Assembly: GCA_031393555.1 (NCBI GenBank)
Contig: JANMVW010000171.1
Location: forward strand, 3,334-67,333
Length of the DNA: 64,000 nucleotides
Direction of reading: 5' to 3'
Source of the DNA: Acidobacteriota bacterium
Lineage (GTDB): Bacteria > Acidobacteriota > Polarisedimenticolia > Polarisedimenticolales > DASRJG01
The position numbers were made by a program, and so were the translations under genes. Under the pieces are notes generated by a model that ran no database searches, was not told where the DNA came from, and was given only the letters and a program-made list of their open reading frames with translations. Shown here piece by piece: positions 44,744 to 52,467 of this stretch; position 1 is the first letter of the stretch, and the number at the start of each line of letters is the position of its first letter.

Positions 44744-44797
44744 CTAGTCCGCGGCCGCCACCTCCCAGGGGTTGACGCACCACCACCACGCACCCAT
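44744..44797 (-). CDS. trpL: trp operon leader peptide (17 aa: MGAWWWCVNPWEVAAAD; possibly 32 aa from in-frame ATG 44842)
   Basis: The minus strand reads ATG GGT GCG TGG TGG TGG TGC GTC AAC CCC TGG GAG GTG GCG GCC GCG GAC TAG. There are three consecutive Trp codons plus a fourth. The ORF ends 24 nt before the terminator stem. Confidence 0.65.
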   Translation of the reverse strand: MGAWWWCVNPWEVAAAD

Positions 44798-44852
44798 TCG
44801 GGTCGCGACGGCTAACGTGTTCGGGGCGATGCTGCGCGTCATCACGGGGCCT

Positions 44853-44881
44853 TTTGTACCGCGAAGACAGGGCTTACACAA
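44853..44881 (-). promoter_or_regulatory. Possible promoter for the trp leader/operon
   Basis: The minus strand reads TTGTGT (44881-44876), a 17-nt spacer, then TACAAA (44858-44853). The match to consensus is weak and the call is speculative. Confidence 0.25.
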
Positions 44882-44898
44882 GGAGAATCTGGGAATCT

Positions 44899-45687
44899 CT
44901 AGCGCCCCGTAAACTTCGGGGGACGCCTCTCGACGTAGGCGGCCAGCCCCTCGCGCGCATCGTCGGATTCGAAGAGACGCTGCTGCAACTCGCGCTCCAG
45001 GGCCAATCCCTCGCCGAAACTCGCCTCGAGGCCGGACACCACGGCGCGCTTGATGAACCCCACGGCCTTGGACGCGCGCGACGGGGGCAGGAACGAAGCG
45101 GCGTACTCCTCCACGCGGACGTCAAACGAGTCGGGCTCGAACACCTCGTGGACGAGACCGAGGTCCTTGGCTTCCTCGAACGAGAAGGTGCGGCCCGTCG
45201 CCATCAGCTCGAACGCCCGCGAGCGTCCGAGAGCGCGCGCGAGGCGCTGCGTCCCGCCCGTTCCGGGGAGAACCCCGAGGGTCACCTCGGGAAGGCCCAT
45301 CTTGCCTCCCCCCCTTTTCGCAATCCGTAAATCGGCGGCGAGCGCGATCTCGAGGCCGCCCCCGACGCAATGGCCGTTCAAGGCGGCGATCACGACTTTA
45401 GGCGTCTGTTCGAGGCGATTCAACGTCTCGTTGGCATGGAGGCAGAAGTAGTACTTGAAGCCGGGATCGGCCTCGGTCAGCATCTTGATATCGGCCCCGG
45501 CGCAAAAGAACTTCTCGCCCGCGCCGCGCACGACGATGACGTGGACGGTTCCGTCCATGCGCGCTTCGAGGATCGCCGCATCGAGTTCACGCATCATCGG
45601 GTAGCTGTAGGTATTGGCGGGTGGATCGCACAGCGTGATCCAACCGACCCCCCCGCGTGCTTCGTAACGGATTTTGTCGCTGATCAT
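44899..45687 (-). CDS. Enoyl-CoA hydratase/isomerase (crotonase) family protein
   Basis: VIVVRGAGEKFFCAGADIK, ALNGHCVGGGLEIALAADLRIA and the GLPEVTLGVLPGTGGTQRL oxyanion-hole motifs are present. ATG 45687 follows a GAGGGGAG RBS. Confidence 0.85.
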   Translation of the reverse strand: MISDKIRYEARGGVGWITLCDPPANTYSYPMMRELDAAILEARMDGTVHVIVVRGAGEKFFCAGADIKMLTEADPGFKYYFCLHANETLNRLEQTPKVVIAALNGHCVGGGLEIALAADLRIAKRGGGKMGLPEVTLGVLPGTGGTQRLARALGRSRAFELMATGRTFSFEEAKDLGLVHEVFEPDSFDVRVEEYAASFLPPSRASKAVGFIKRAVVSGLEASFGEGLALERELQQRLFESDDAREGLAAYVERRPPKFTGR

Positions 45688-45697
45688 GAAGCTCCCC

Positions 45698-46756
45698 TCA
45701 CGCGGCTTTCCGCAGGCGGCGGACGATCGCATCCGCGGCCGCTCGCGCGCCGAGAGATCCGCCGACGTCGGCCGTGCATTCTCTCGCTTCGAGCGCCGCA
45801 ACGACGGCACCTTCGATCGCCCGGGCCGCTTCCGGCAGGCCGGTATGCTCGAGCATCATCCCCGCGGTCAGAATCGCGCCGAACGGGTTCGCGGTGTCGG
45901 TGCCCGCGTACTTGGGGGCGCTTCCGTGCACCGGCTCGAACATGGAGGTCTTCCCGGGGTAGAGGTTTCCCGACGCGGCCATGCCCAGCCCTCCCTGGAG
46001 CGCGGCGCCCAGGTCGGTGACGATGTCGCCGAACATGTTGCAGGTGACGATGACCTCGAACTGTCGGGGATCCTTGATCAACTGCATCGTCAACGCGTCG
46101 ACGTACAGGTGGTTCGCCCGGATCGCGGGATACTCCGCGGCGACCTCCGCGAAGACGCGCTGCCAGATGTCGTGGGCGTGACGGAGCGCGTTCGACTTGT
46201 CGGACATGGTCACTTTCTTCCGCCCGCTGGCGGCGGCGAACGCAAAGGCGGCACGGATGATTCGCTCGACCCCTTTGCGCGTGTTCACGTCCTCCTGGAT
46301 TCCGATCTCGTCGGGCGTCCCTTTCTTGAAGATCCCGCCCATGCCGGCGTACGCGCCCTCCGTGTTCTCCCGAAAAACGACGAAATCGATGTCCTTCGCG
46401 GTGTAGTTTCGCAAAGGGCAGAGCCGCTCGTTGAGGCAGCGCACCGGGCGCACGTTGGCGTAGAGATCCATCTTGAACCGCGTGCCGAGGAGGATGTCGG
46501 CGGCGTGCTTCATGTCCGGCACGCGCGGGTCGCCGAACGCGCCCATGAAGATCGCATCGAAGCCCGACCAGACCGCGAGCGCCCCGTCGGGAAGCGTCTC
46601 CCCCGTCTTGAGATAACGATCGGCGCCGTAGTCGAAGTGCTCGAGGGTCAACCCGAAACCGAAGACCTTCGACGCCGCCTCGAGAACCTTGACGGCTTCC
46701 TTCGTCACGTCGATACCGATGCCGTCACCTGGAACCATCGCGTAGCGTCGATCCAT
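45698..46756 (-). CDS. Isopropylmalate/tartrate dehydrogenase family oxidative decarboxylase
   Basis: PGDGIGIDV, FRENTEGAYAG, SDKSNAL, NMFGDIVTDLGAALQGGLGMAASGN and FEPVHGSAPK are present. The N-terminal region looks closest to the tartrate/D-malate dehydrogenase subgroup, but specificity cannot be decided from sequence. Confidence 0.8.
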   Translation of the reverse strand: MDRRYAMVPGDGIGIDVTKEAVKVLEAASKVFGFGLTLEHFDYGADRYLKTGETLPDGALAVWSGFDAIFMGAFGDPRVPDMKHAADILLGTRFKMDLYANVRPVRCLNERLCPLRNYTAKDIDFVVFRENTEGAYAGMGGIFKKGTPDEIGIQEDVNTRKGVERIIRAAFAFAAASGRKKVTMSDKSNALRHAHDIWQRVFAEVAAEYPAIRANHLYVDALTMQLIKDPRQFEVIVTCNMFGDIVTDLGAALQGGLGMAASGNLYPGKTSMFEPVHGSAPKYAGTDTANPFGAILTAGMMLEHTGLPEAARAIEGAVVAALEARECTADVGGSLGARAAADAIVRRLRKAA

Positions 46757-46802
46757 CGCGAGTCCTTTCGCGGGCCCGACGGGCCCGTAAGAAACGCGGA
46801 TT

Positions 46803-47183
46803 CTATCGCGGCCGTTCCGCGCGAGCGGAAAGCGACCGGACGGTCGCGAACAACATCAAGGCGATGACGAAGCCCCCCGCATCCGCGACAACGTCCCACG
46901 GACTCGCCTCGCGCCCCGGAACGAACGACTGGTGAAATTCGTCGGAGATGCCCCAGAGGATCACCGCAAGGGCCGAATACAGCGTCGGCGCCGGATGCAG
47001 GCGCTCGAATCCGCCGTGAAAAGCCCGCAACGCGAGCACGCCCAACACCGCGTAACCGGTCGCGTGCAACAGTTTGTCCCAGAAATACTGCGCGCCCGGT
47101 ACGTGGGACAGGGACGACAGCCAGAAGACGACAGCGAGAGCCGCGAGAAAAGGGCCCCACAGGGTGAGGAGCGAGCGTCTCAC
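46803..47183 (-). CDS. VanZ-like membrane protein
   Basis: There are four TM segments, with DKLLHATGYAVLG and ISDEFHQSFVPGREAS motifs. GTG 47183 overlaps the stop of the upstream small ORF (GTGA). Confidence 0.7.
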   Translation of the reverse strand: MRRSLLTLWGPFLAALAVVFWLSSLSHVPGAQYFWDKLLHATGYAVLGVLALRAFHGGFERLHPAPTLYSALAVILWGISDEFHQSFVPGREASPWDVVADAGGFVIALMLFATVRSLSARAERPR

Positions 47184-47353
47184 CTCGGGAAGGGGAGCAT
47201 CAAATAGGCGAGCAGCAAGACGCCTCCGACCATGCTCAACCAAACGAGCGCGCCGAAGCGAAACTGTTCGCGCCGATCGCGGCGCGTCAAGACGGAGAAG
47301 AACGTCGCGATGATTCCGGAGTACACGACGAGGTTGGCGAAGTGGCCGCGCAC
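47180..47353 (-). CDS. Small two-TM hypothetical membrane protein (57 aa; 69 aa if started at 47389)
   Basis: The sequence is ...FANLVVYSGIIATFFSVLTRRDRREQFRFGALVWLSMVGGVLLLAYL.... Its stop is coupled to the VanZ start. GTG 47353 lies directly after the upstream stop. Confidence 0.4.
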   Translation of the reverse strand: MRGHFANLVVYSGIIATFFSVLTRRDRREQFRFGALVWLSMVGGVLLLAYLMLPFPR

Positions 47354-47354
47354 G

Positions 47355-47834
47355 TCAATCCTTCCGTCGTTTCGCGATGTCCCAGACATCCATCAAGAGC
47401 AAGAGGTTCATCAGTCCCGCCGACCAGAGGTAGGCCGTGCCGTAGGCTGAGACGGCGGAGCTCTGACGCTCTCGGAATTTTTCGATGCGCGGCGCGTGCG
47501 AAGCCTCGGACTGATCCGGCAGCTCGTAGGCCGCTTCGCCGTAAACGTTCATCCTCGCGAACGCATCGGCCGGCCCCACCCCCAGATTGGCGACGAGCTG
47601 CAGGCCGGTCAGGAAACTCTCCCGCGGGGAGTACAGCGCGAGGCGCCCGTCGTGGGCGAGACCGAGCCCGAAAGAGCCCATGATCAAAAGGAAGAACAAC
47701 GCGCCGCGCCCCACGCGCCCGAGAATGGCGTGTCCGGCCCCCGGAACCAACCACCCCGCGCCGAGCGCGAGTGCGGTCCGCCCCAAAGACACGTCAGCGA
47801 CGGCGCGCCCCGCAATGGGACGAGTTTCGGTCAT
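47355..47834 (-). CDS. Hypothetical membrane protein (159 aa)
   Basis: Hydrophobic segments include LALGAGWLVPGAGHAILGRVGRGALFFLLIMGSFGLGL and ...TAYLWSAGLMNLLLLMDVW. It begins 3 nt after the rplI stop. Confidence 0.5.
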   Translation of the reverse strand: MTETRPIAGRAVADVSLGRTALALGAGWLVPGAGHAILGRVGRGALFFLLIMGSFGLGLAHDGRLALYSPRESFLTGLQLVANLGVGPADAFARMNVYGEAAYELPDQSEASHAPRIEKFRERQSSAVSAYGTAYLWSAGLMNLLLLMDVWDIAKRRKD

Positions 47835-47837
47835 CGT

Positions 47838-48290
47838 CTACTCGGCCGACTCCGGGACGACCTGGACCGAGACTTTTGCGCCGACCTGCCGATGGACCTT
47901 GATCGTCACCTCGAACGTCCCGATCGATCGAATCGGATCGTGCATCTGGATCTTCCGCCGGTCGACCTCGACGCCCTTGGCTTTCAAGAGGTCCGCGATC
48001 TCTTGGCTCGTGACGGAGCCGTAGAGCGCGTCGTTTTCTCCGACCTTCTTGGCGATCACGAGCTTGATCTCGGCGATGCGCGCGGCGAGCTTGTTCGCGT
48101 CCTCGGTTTCCCGGGCTTCCCGCACGACCCAGACTTTCTTCCGGAGTTCGATCTGCCGCATGTTCCCAGCGGTCGCCTCGAAGGCAAGCGCCTTGGGGAA
48201 GAGGAAATTACGAGCGTATCCGGCGGCGACGTTGACCACCTGACCTCGCTCTCCGAGCTTGTCGACGTCTTCTCTCAATACGATCTTCAC
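47838..48290 (-). CDS. rplI: 50S ribosomal protein L9
   Basis: (V)KIVLREDVDKLGERGQVVNVAAGYARNFLFPKALA is the canonical L9 N-terminus. The start is GTG 48290 with a GGGGAGG RBS. Confidence 0.9.
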   Translation of the reverse strand: MKIVLREDVDKLGERGQVVNVAAGYARNFLFPKALAFEATAGNMRQIELRKKVWVVREARETEDANKLAARIAEIKLVIAKKVGENDALYGSVTSQEIADLLKAKGVEVDRRKIQMHDPIRSIGTFEVTIKVHRQVGAKVSVQVVPESAE

Positions 48291-48304
48291 GCGAGCCTCC
48301 CCGT

Positions 48305-48631
48305 CTAGTCCGAGGTAAACGGGATCAGCGCCAGGTTGCGTGCGCGCTTGATCGCCTGCATGAGCTGCCTTTGGTGCGTGGCGCACGTGCCCGAAATCCG
48401 CCGCGGCAGGATCTTGGCACGCTCCGGAATGTAACTCTGCAAGGTGCGAAGGTCCTTGTAGTCGACCCAACGCGCCTTGTCCTCGCAGAACTTGCAGTAC
48501 TTACGCCGTCGGAAGAGGAAACGCTTCCGGCCTCCGGCGCGCGGTCCCGTCGGCCTTCCGCCGCCCGAACCCCCACCGCCCGTCGGCCTCGAACCGTACC
48601 CGCCTCCGGGGTTGTCTCTCATATAGCCCAT
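48305..48631 (-). CDS. rpsR: 30S ribosomal protein S18 with Gly-rich N-terminal extension
   Basis: ...[60 protein letters not shown] is typical S18. ATG 48631 lies 6 nt after GGGAGGA. Confidence 0.9.
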   Translation of the reverse strand: MGYMRDNPGGGYGSRPTGGGGSGGGRPTGPRAGGRKRFLFRRRKYCKFCEDKARWVDYKDLRTLQSYIPERAKILPRRISGTCATHQRQLMQAIKRARNLALIPFTSD

Positions 48632-48661
48632 CGTTGGTCCTCCCACGCTGCGGGACGCGGC

Positions 48662-49141
48662 TTAGTTCTGTTCGTCGAAATCGATATCGTCGTCATCGCG
48701 CGCCCCCGCGGGCGGCGCGTCGGAGATGTCGGTCAGCAGACTGGCGACGCGTGCCGCTTCGTCGGTCACGAGTCCAGCCGCACGGGCCGCCTCGGCTTCA
48801 ACGCGAGCTTGCGCGTCGCGCACGGCTTGCTCCTTCGAGGCGACCGCCCAATCCAACTCCATCGAAATCGTCATGTGGCGGATGACTTTGTCGGAGATGC
48901 GCAGCCGGCGGTCGAGTTCTTTGGGGACTCCGGCATCGGAGTCGTAGAGGAATCGCGTGTAGACGCCATCCTCGTATTTCTTGATCGGGTAGGCGAGGCG
49001 GCGACGCCCCATCCGGTCGTTCGCGGCAAAAACGCCCCCGCCTTCGGTCACGACGGCGGACAACGCTTCCACGACGACCTTCTCTTCTTCGTCGGTCAAG
49101 GTGGGTAGGGTGATGAAGACGGTTTCGTAGGTACGAATCAC
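48662..49141 (-). CDS. rpsF: 30S ribosomal protein S6 with acidic C-terminal tail
   Basis: (V)IRTYETVFITLPTLTDEEE... is followed by ...RRLAYPIKKYEDGVY. GTG 49141 follows a GAGGAGG RBS. Confidence 0.9.
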   Translation of the reverse strand: MIRTYETVFITLPTLTDEEEKVVVEALSAVVTEGGGVFAANDRMGRRRLAYPIKKYEDGVYTRFLYDSDAGVPKELDRRLRISDKVIRHMTISMELDWAVASKEQAVRDAQARVEAEAARAAGLVTDEAARVASLLTDISDAPPAGARDDDDIDFDEQN

Positions 49142-49162
49142 GTGCACCTCCTCACGGCGTAT

Positions 49163-49185
49163 CGCCTCCGGGCGCACCGGAGGCG
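49163..49185 (-). promoter_or_regulatory. Stable hairpin in the rpsF 5' leader (possible autoregulatory element)
   Basis: The minus strand reads CGCCTCCGG-TGCGC-CCGGAGGCG, a perfect 9-bp stem. It ends 8 nt upstream of the GAGGAGG RBS (49153-49147) and has no U tract. Confidence 0.3.
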
Positions 49186-49314
49186 AGGGGTGCCGGATCG
49201 CCCGCGCGATCCGAACTGGGCTTTTCGGACTTCATGTCGGGGAACGTCCCCGTCACGAACCGCGGACGTTACCATCGGTTTGGGGGCCGCGCCAGTCCCC
49301 GGCGACGTTGAGCC

Positions 49315-49896
49315 CTAGGCGGAAGCGCCGTTGTACGCCCGCTGAGCCGAGTCGACCCCGTCTCTGAGAACCGTCTCGACCGCATCGGCGGCTCGGTCAA
49401 CCATCGTGGCAACGATGGGACGCTCGTCCGGGAGGAACGTTCCCAGAACGTAGTCGGCAAGATCGCGGCTGTGACGGCCTTCGCCCAGGACCCCGAGCTT
49501 GATTCGGGGAAACGTACCGACGGCCAGGCTCTCGATGAGCGAACGCACGCCGTTATGCCCTCCGGCTCCGCCTTCCGGCCGGACGCGCACCCGTCCAAAC
49601 GCAAGATCCGCGTCGTCGAAGACGACGATGAAATCCTCCGCCTCCGTCCCGTACTTTCTGCGGAGAGCGGTGGCGGCCTGTCCGCTTCGGTTCATGAGGG
49701 TGCGTGGCTTCGCGAGCACGACGCGTTGGCCTCCATATTCCGTCTCCGCGGTCCAGGTCAAACGGCCCAGGTCTCCGCGCGCGGCGAAGGCCGCACCGCA
49801 ACGGAGGGCAATCGCGTCGGCGACCAGAAATCCCACGTTGTGCCGGGTGAACCGGTACTCCGGGCCCTCGTTTCCCAGTCCGAGGACGACCTTCAA
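49315..49896 (-). CDS. pth: Peptidyl-tRNA hydrolase
   Basis: (L)KVVLGLGNEGPEYRFTRHNVGF..., MNRSG and GGHNGVRS are present. The start is inferred as TTG 49896, overlapping the L25 stop (TTGA). There is no in-frame ATG or GTG nearby. Confidence 0.85.
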   Translation of the reverse strand: MKVVLGLGNEGPEYRFTRHNVGFLVADAIALRCGAAFAARGDLGRLTWTAETEYGGQRVVLAKPRTLMNRSGQAATALRRKYGTEAEDFIVVFDDADLAFGRVRVRPEGGAGGHNGVRSLIESLAVGTFPRIKLGVLGEGRHSRDLADYVLGTFLPDERPIVATMVDRAADAVETVLRDGVDSAQRAYNGASA

Positions 49897-50627
49897 GCCT
49901 TCTTGGCCTCGGGCTTTTTCGCGTCGGGCTTTTTGGCATCGCCTTTCTTGGCGTCGCCCTTCTTCGCGTCGGCGTCGTCCCCAGCCGTTTCCTTGCCCTT
50001 CTTGGCGACCTCGGGCTCGGCAGCCGTCGCGGCGGCCTCGTCGACCACGGGCGCGGCTTCTTCCTTCGGCACGGCGACGACACAGACGATCGCCTCCGCG
50101 TCGTCGAGGATCGTCACCCGTTCGCGAACCGGCAGATCCTTCACCGAGAGATGCTGGTTCAGCCGCAGCGCGGCGACATCGAGGTCGAGATGGTCCGGGA
50201 TGTCGGAAGGAAGGCACTCGACTTCGACCTGGCGCAGCACGAACTCGAGCAGGCCTCCGTCCGATTTCACGCCTTCGGCGATGCCGATCAGTCGAATAGG
50301 AACGTTGACACGTACGGACCGGGTCAAATCGACACGGACGAAATCCACGTGAACGAGGCGCTCCGTCACCGGATCGCGTTGGAGGGCTTTGATCATCACC
50401 GCTCGCGACCGATCCTGCCCGGTCAGCGACAACGTGAAAATCGTGTTGCGCCCGGTTTCCAACCCCAGGACTTCCTCGATCTTTCGAGCGCCGACGCCCA
50501 CGGTGAACGGCGGACGGTCCAGTCCGTAAACCACCCCGGGAACCCCTCCGTCCTTGCGGAGGCGGCGGCTCGCGTTTTTGCCCAGTTCCGAACGCTCCAG
50601 CGCTTCGACAACGATGTTCTTGCTCAT
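49893..50627 (-). CDS. rplY: 50S ribosomal protein L25/general stress protein Ctc with Lys/Asp/Ala-rich C-terminal tail
   Basis: MSKNIVVEALERSELGKNASRRLRKDGGVPGVVYG... is the typical N-terminus. The tail is ...AKKGKETAGDDADAKKGDAKKGDAKKPDAKKPEAKKA. The RBS is AAGGAAG. Confidence 0.9.
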   Translation of the reverse strand: MSKNIVVEALERSELGKNASRRLRKDGGVPGVVYGLDRPPFTVGVGARKIEEVLGLETGRNTIFTLSLTGQDRSRAVMIKALQRDPVTERLVHVDFVRVDLTRSVRVNVPIRLIGIAEGVKSDGGLLEFVLRQVEVECLPSDIPDHLDLDVAALRLNQHLSVKDLPVRERVTILDDAEAIVCVVAVPKEEAAPVVDEAAATAAEPEVAKKGKETAGDDADAKKGDAKKGDAKKPDAKKPEAKKA

Positions 50628-50638
50628 GATCTTCTTCC

Positions 50639-51580
50639 TTAAACGAACAGCGAGCTCACGGAGGAGTTGCTGTGGATTCGGGCGATCGCCTCTCCCAGGA
50701 GGCTCGCCACGGAAAGAACGGTGATCTTGGGATTTTGCGCCTTCGCGCTGGACAGCGGGATCGTGTCCGTCACGATGACGTGCTCGAGCTCCGAGTGTTC
50801 TATGCGCTCCAGCGCGGGGCCGGAGAGGACGGGGTGGGTGAAGCAGGCCAGGACCCGGGACGCGCCCTTGTCGCGGAGCGCCTTGACCGCCCCCACGAGC
50901 GTTCCCGCCGTATCGACGATGTCGTCGACGATCATGCACGTGCGTCCCGCAACTTCACCGATCACGTTCATCGTCTCCGCGACGTTGGTGTCGACGCGGC
51001 GCTTGTCGACGATCACGAGCCCGGCCTCGAGTTTTTTTGCGAAGGCGCGAGCACGCTCGACGCCGCCCGCATCCGGGGAGACGATCGTGAGGTTTTGGAA
51101 ACGCTGCCGCTCGACCCAGTCCAGGAGCACCGGGGCGGCGAAAAGATGGTCGACCGGAAGGTCAAAAAACCCCTGGATGGCGGGCGCGTGCAACTCCATC
51201 GCCAGCAACCGGTCGACGCCCGCAGCGGTGAGCAGGTCGGCGACCAGCCGCGCCGAGATCGGAACACGAGGCTTGTCCTTGCGATCCTGCCGCGCGTAGC
51301 CGTAGTACGGGATCACCGCCGTGATGCGCGCGGCCGAGGAACGCTTCATCGCGTCAACCGCGATGAGGAGTTCCATGAGATTCTCGTTGACGGGATGACA
51401 GGTCGGTTGAATCACGAAGACGTCTGTGCCCCGGACGTTTTCGAGGATCTGGCAGTAGACCTCTCCGTCGGAAAACCTCGAGAGCTTCCATTCGCCCATG
51501 GGGATGTGCAGGTAGTGGCAGATCGCGCGCGCGAGGGCCGGGTTCCCGTTTCCCGAAAAGACCTTCATCTCGTTCTTCAT
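50639..51580 (-). CDS. prs: Ribose-phosphate pyrophosphokinase
   Basis: KVFSGNGNPALA, YYGYARQDRK, DLHAPAIQGFFD-type and IVDDIVDTAGT motifs are present. ATG 51580 overlaps the ispE stop. Confidence 0.95.
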   Translation of the reverse strand: MKNEMKVFSGNGNPALARAICHYLHIPMGEWKLSRFSDGEVYCQILENVRGTDVFVIQPTCHPVNENLMELLIAVDAMKRSSAARITAVIPYYGYARQDRKDKPRVPISARLVADLLTAAGVDRLLAMELHAPAIQGFFDLPVDHLFAAPVLLDWVERQRFQNLTIVSPDAGGVERARAFAKKLEAGLVIVDKRRVDTNVAETMNVIGEVAGRTCMIVDDIVDTAGTLVGAVKALRDKGASRVLACFTHPVLSGPALERIEHSELEHVIVTDTIPLSSAKAQNPKITVLSVASLLGEAIARIHSNSSVSSLFV

Positions 51581-52467
51581 CCCACCGCCGGCACGATCCG
51601 CACGCCCGAAGCGACCGTTTGACAGACCCGCACCGTCCAACCCGGGAACTCCTCGCGCAGGTTCTGAGCATCCTCGGTCACGTCGGTCCCCGTGCGGAAC
51701 AACCCAAACACCGTGGACCCGCTGCCGGAAACGAGCGCGACTTCCGCGCCCGAACGCAGCAACGCATCCCGAAAGGTCGCGAGCTCGCCCCGCAACCTGA
51801 ACGCCGCCGGCTCGAGATCATTGATCGCGAGCGCGAAGTCGTTTCCTTTTGCGAACTTAACAAAAAGCCGCAGCACCGTAACATCCACCCTATCGACTGT
51901 CAACGGCGCTCCCAGCGCGCGATAGACGTCAGGAGTGGAAAGTTCGAACGCCGGGCTCCCCAGAATGACCACCCGTTCGGCCACCGGCGGCAGCGCCTCG
52001 ATGGTCGTGCCGCGGCCAGTGCCGAGCGCCGTTCCCCCGGAAAGAAAAAACGGCACGTCCGAACCGAGCTCTGCGGCGAGAGCTCGCAGGGTGGCCGTAT
52101 CCAAGCTCAAGGCCCACAGCTCGTTCAAAAGCACGAGCGCGCCGGCGGCGTCCGAACTCCCACCGCCGAGCCCGGCGCCCACCGGGATCGCCTTGGCAAG
52201 GCTCAAACGCGCCCCCAGCGAGCGCGCTGGCTCGCACCGCGCCTGGAGCAAACGCGCGGCCTTGACGACGAGATTGCTCTCCCCCGCGGGAACCGAAGGA
52301 GGAAAGACCTCGAGCGTGAGCGCCTCGGCAGTCTCGCCCTCGAGAACATCGCAGAGGTCGATCGCCTGGAAGATCGTCACGATCTCGTGATAGCCGTCCC
52401 CCCGACGGCCGACGACATGGAGTCCGAGGTTCACTTTGGCGGGGCAGAGCGCCCGCATCCGGCTCAT
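51577..52467 (-). CDS. ispE: 4-(cytidine 5'-diphospho)-2-C-methyl-D-erythritol kinase
   Basis: CPAKVNLGLHVVGRRGDGYHEI and the GHMP motif IPVGAGLGGGSSDAA are present. ATG 52467 overlaps the upstream lipoprotein stop. Confidence 0.9.
   Translation of the reverse strand: MSRMRALCPAKVNLGLHVVGRRGDGYHEIVTIFQAIDLCDVLEGETAEALTLEVFPPSVPAGESNLVVKAARLLQARCEPARSLGARLSLAKAIPVGAGLGGGSSDAAGALVLLNELWALSLDTATLRALAAELGSDVPFFLSGGTALGTGRGTTIEALPPVAERVVILGSPAFELSTPDVYRALGAPLTVDRVDVTVLRLFVKFAKGNDFALAINDLEPAAFRLRGELATFRDALLRSGAEVALVSGSGSTVFGLFRTGTDVTEDAQNLREEFPGWTVRVCQTVASGVRIVPAVG

Noticed and set aside
44602-44793. 63-aa minus-strand ORF (MRGGGASTPGRWRPRTSV...) across the trp leader
   Set aside because: It is in a different frame from the Trp-codon run and reads straight through the terminator hairpin and the trpE RBS. 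The 17-aa (or 32-aa) WWW peptide explains the region better.
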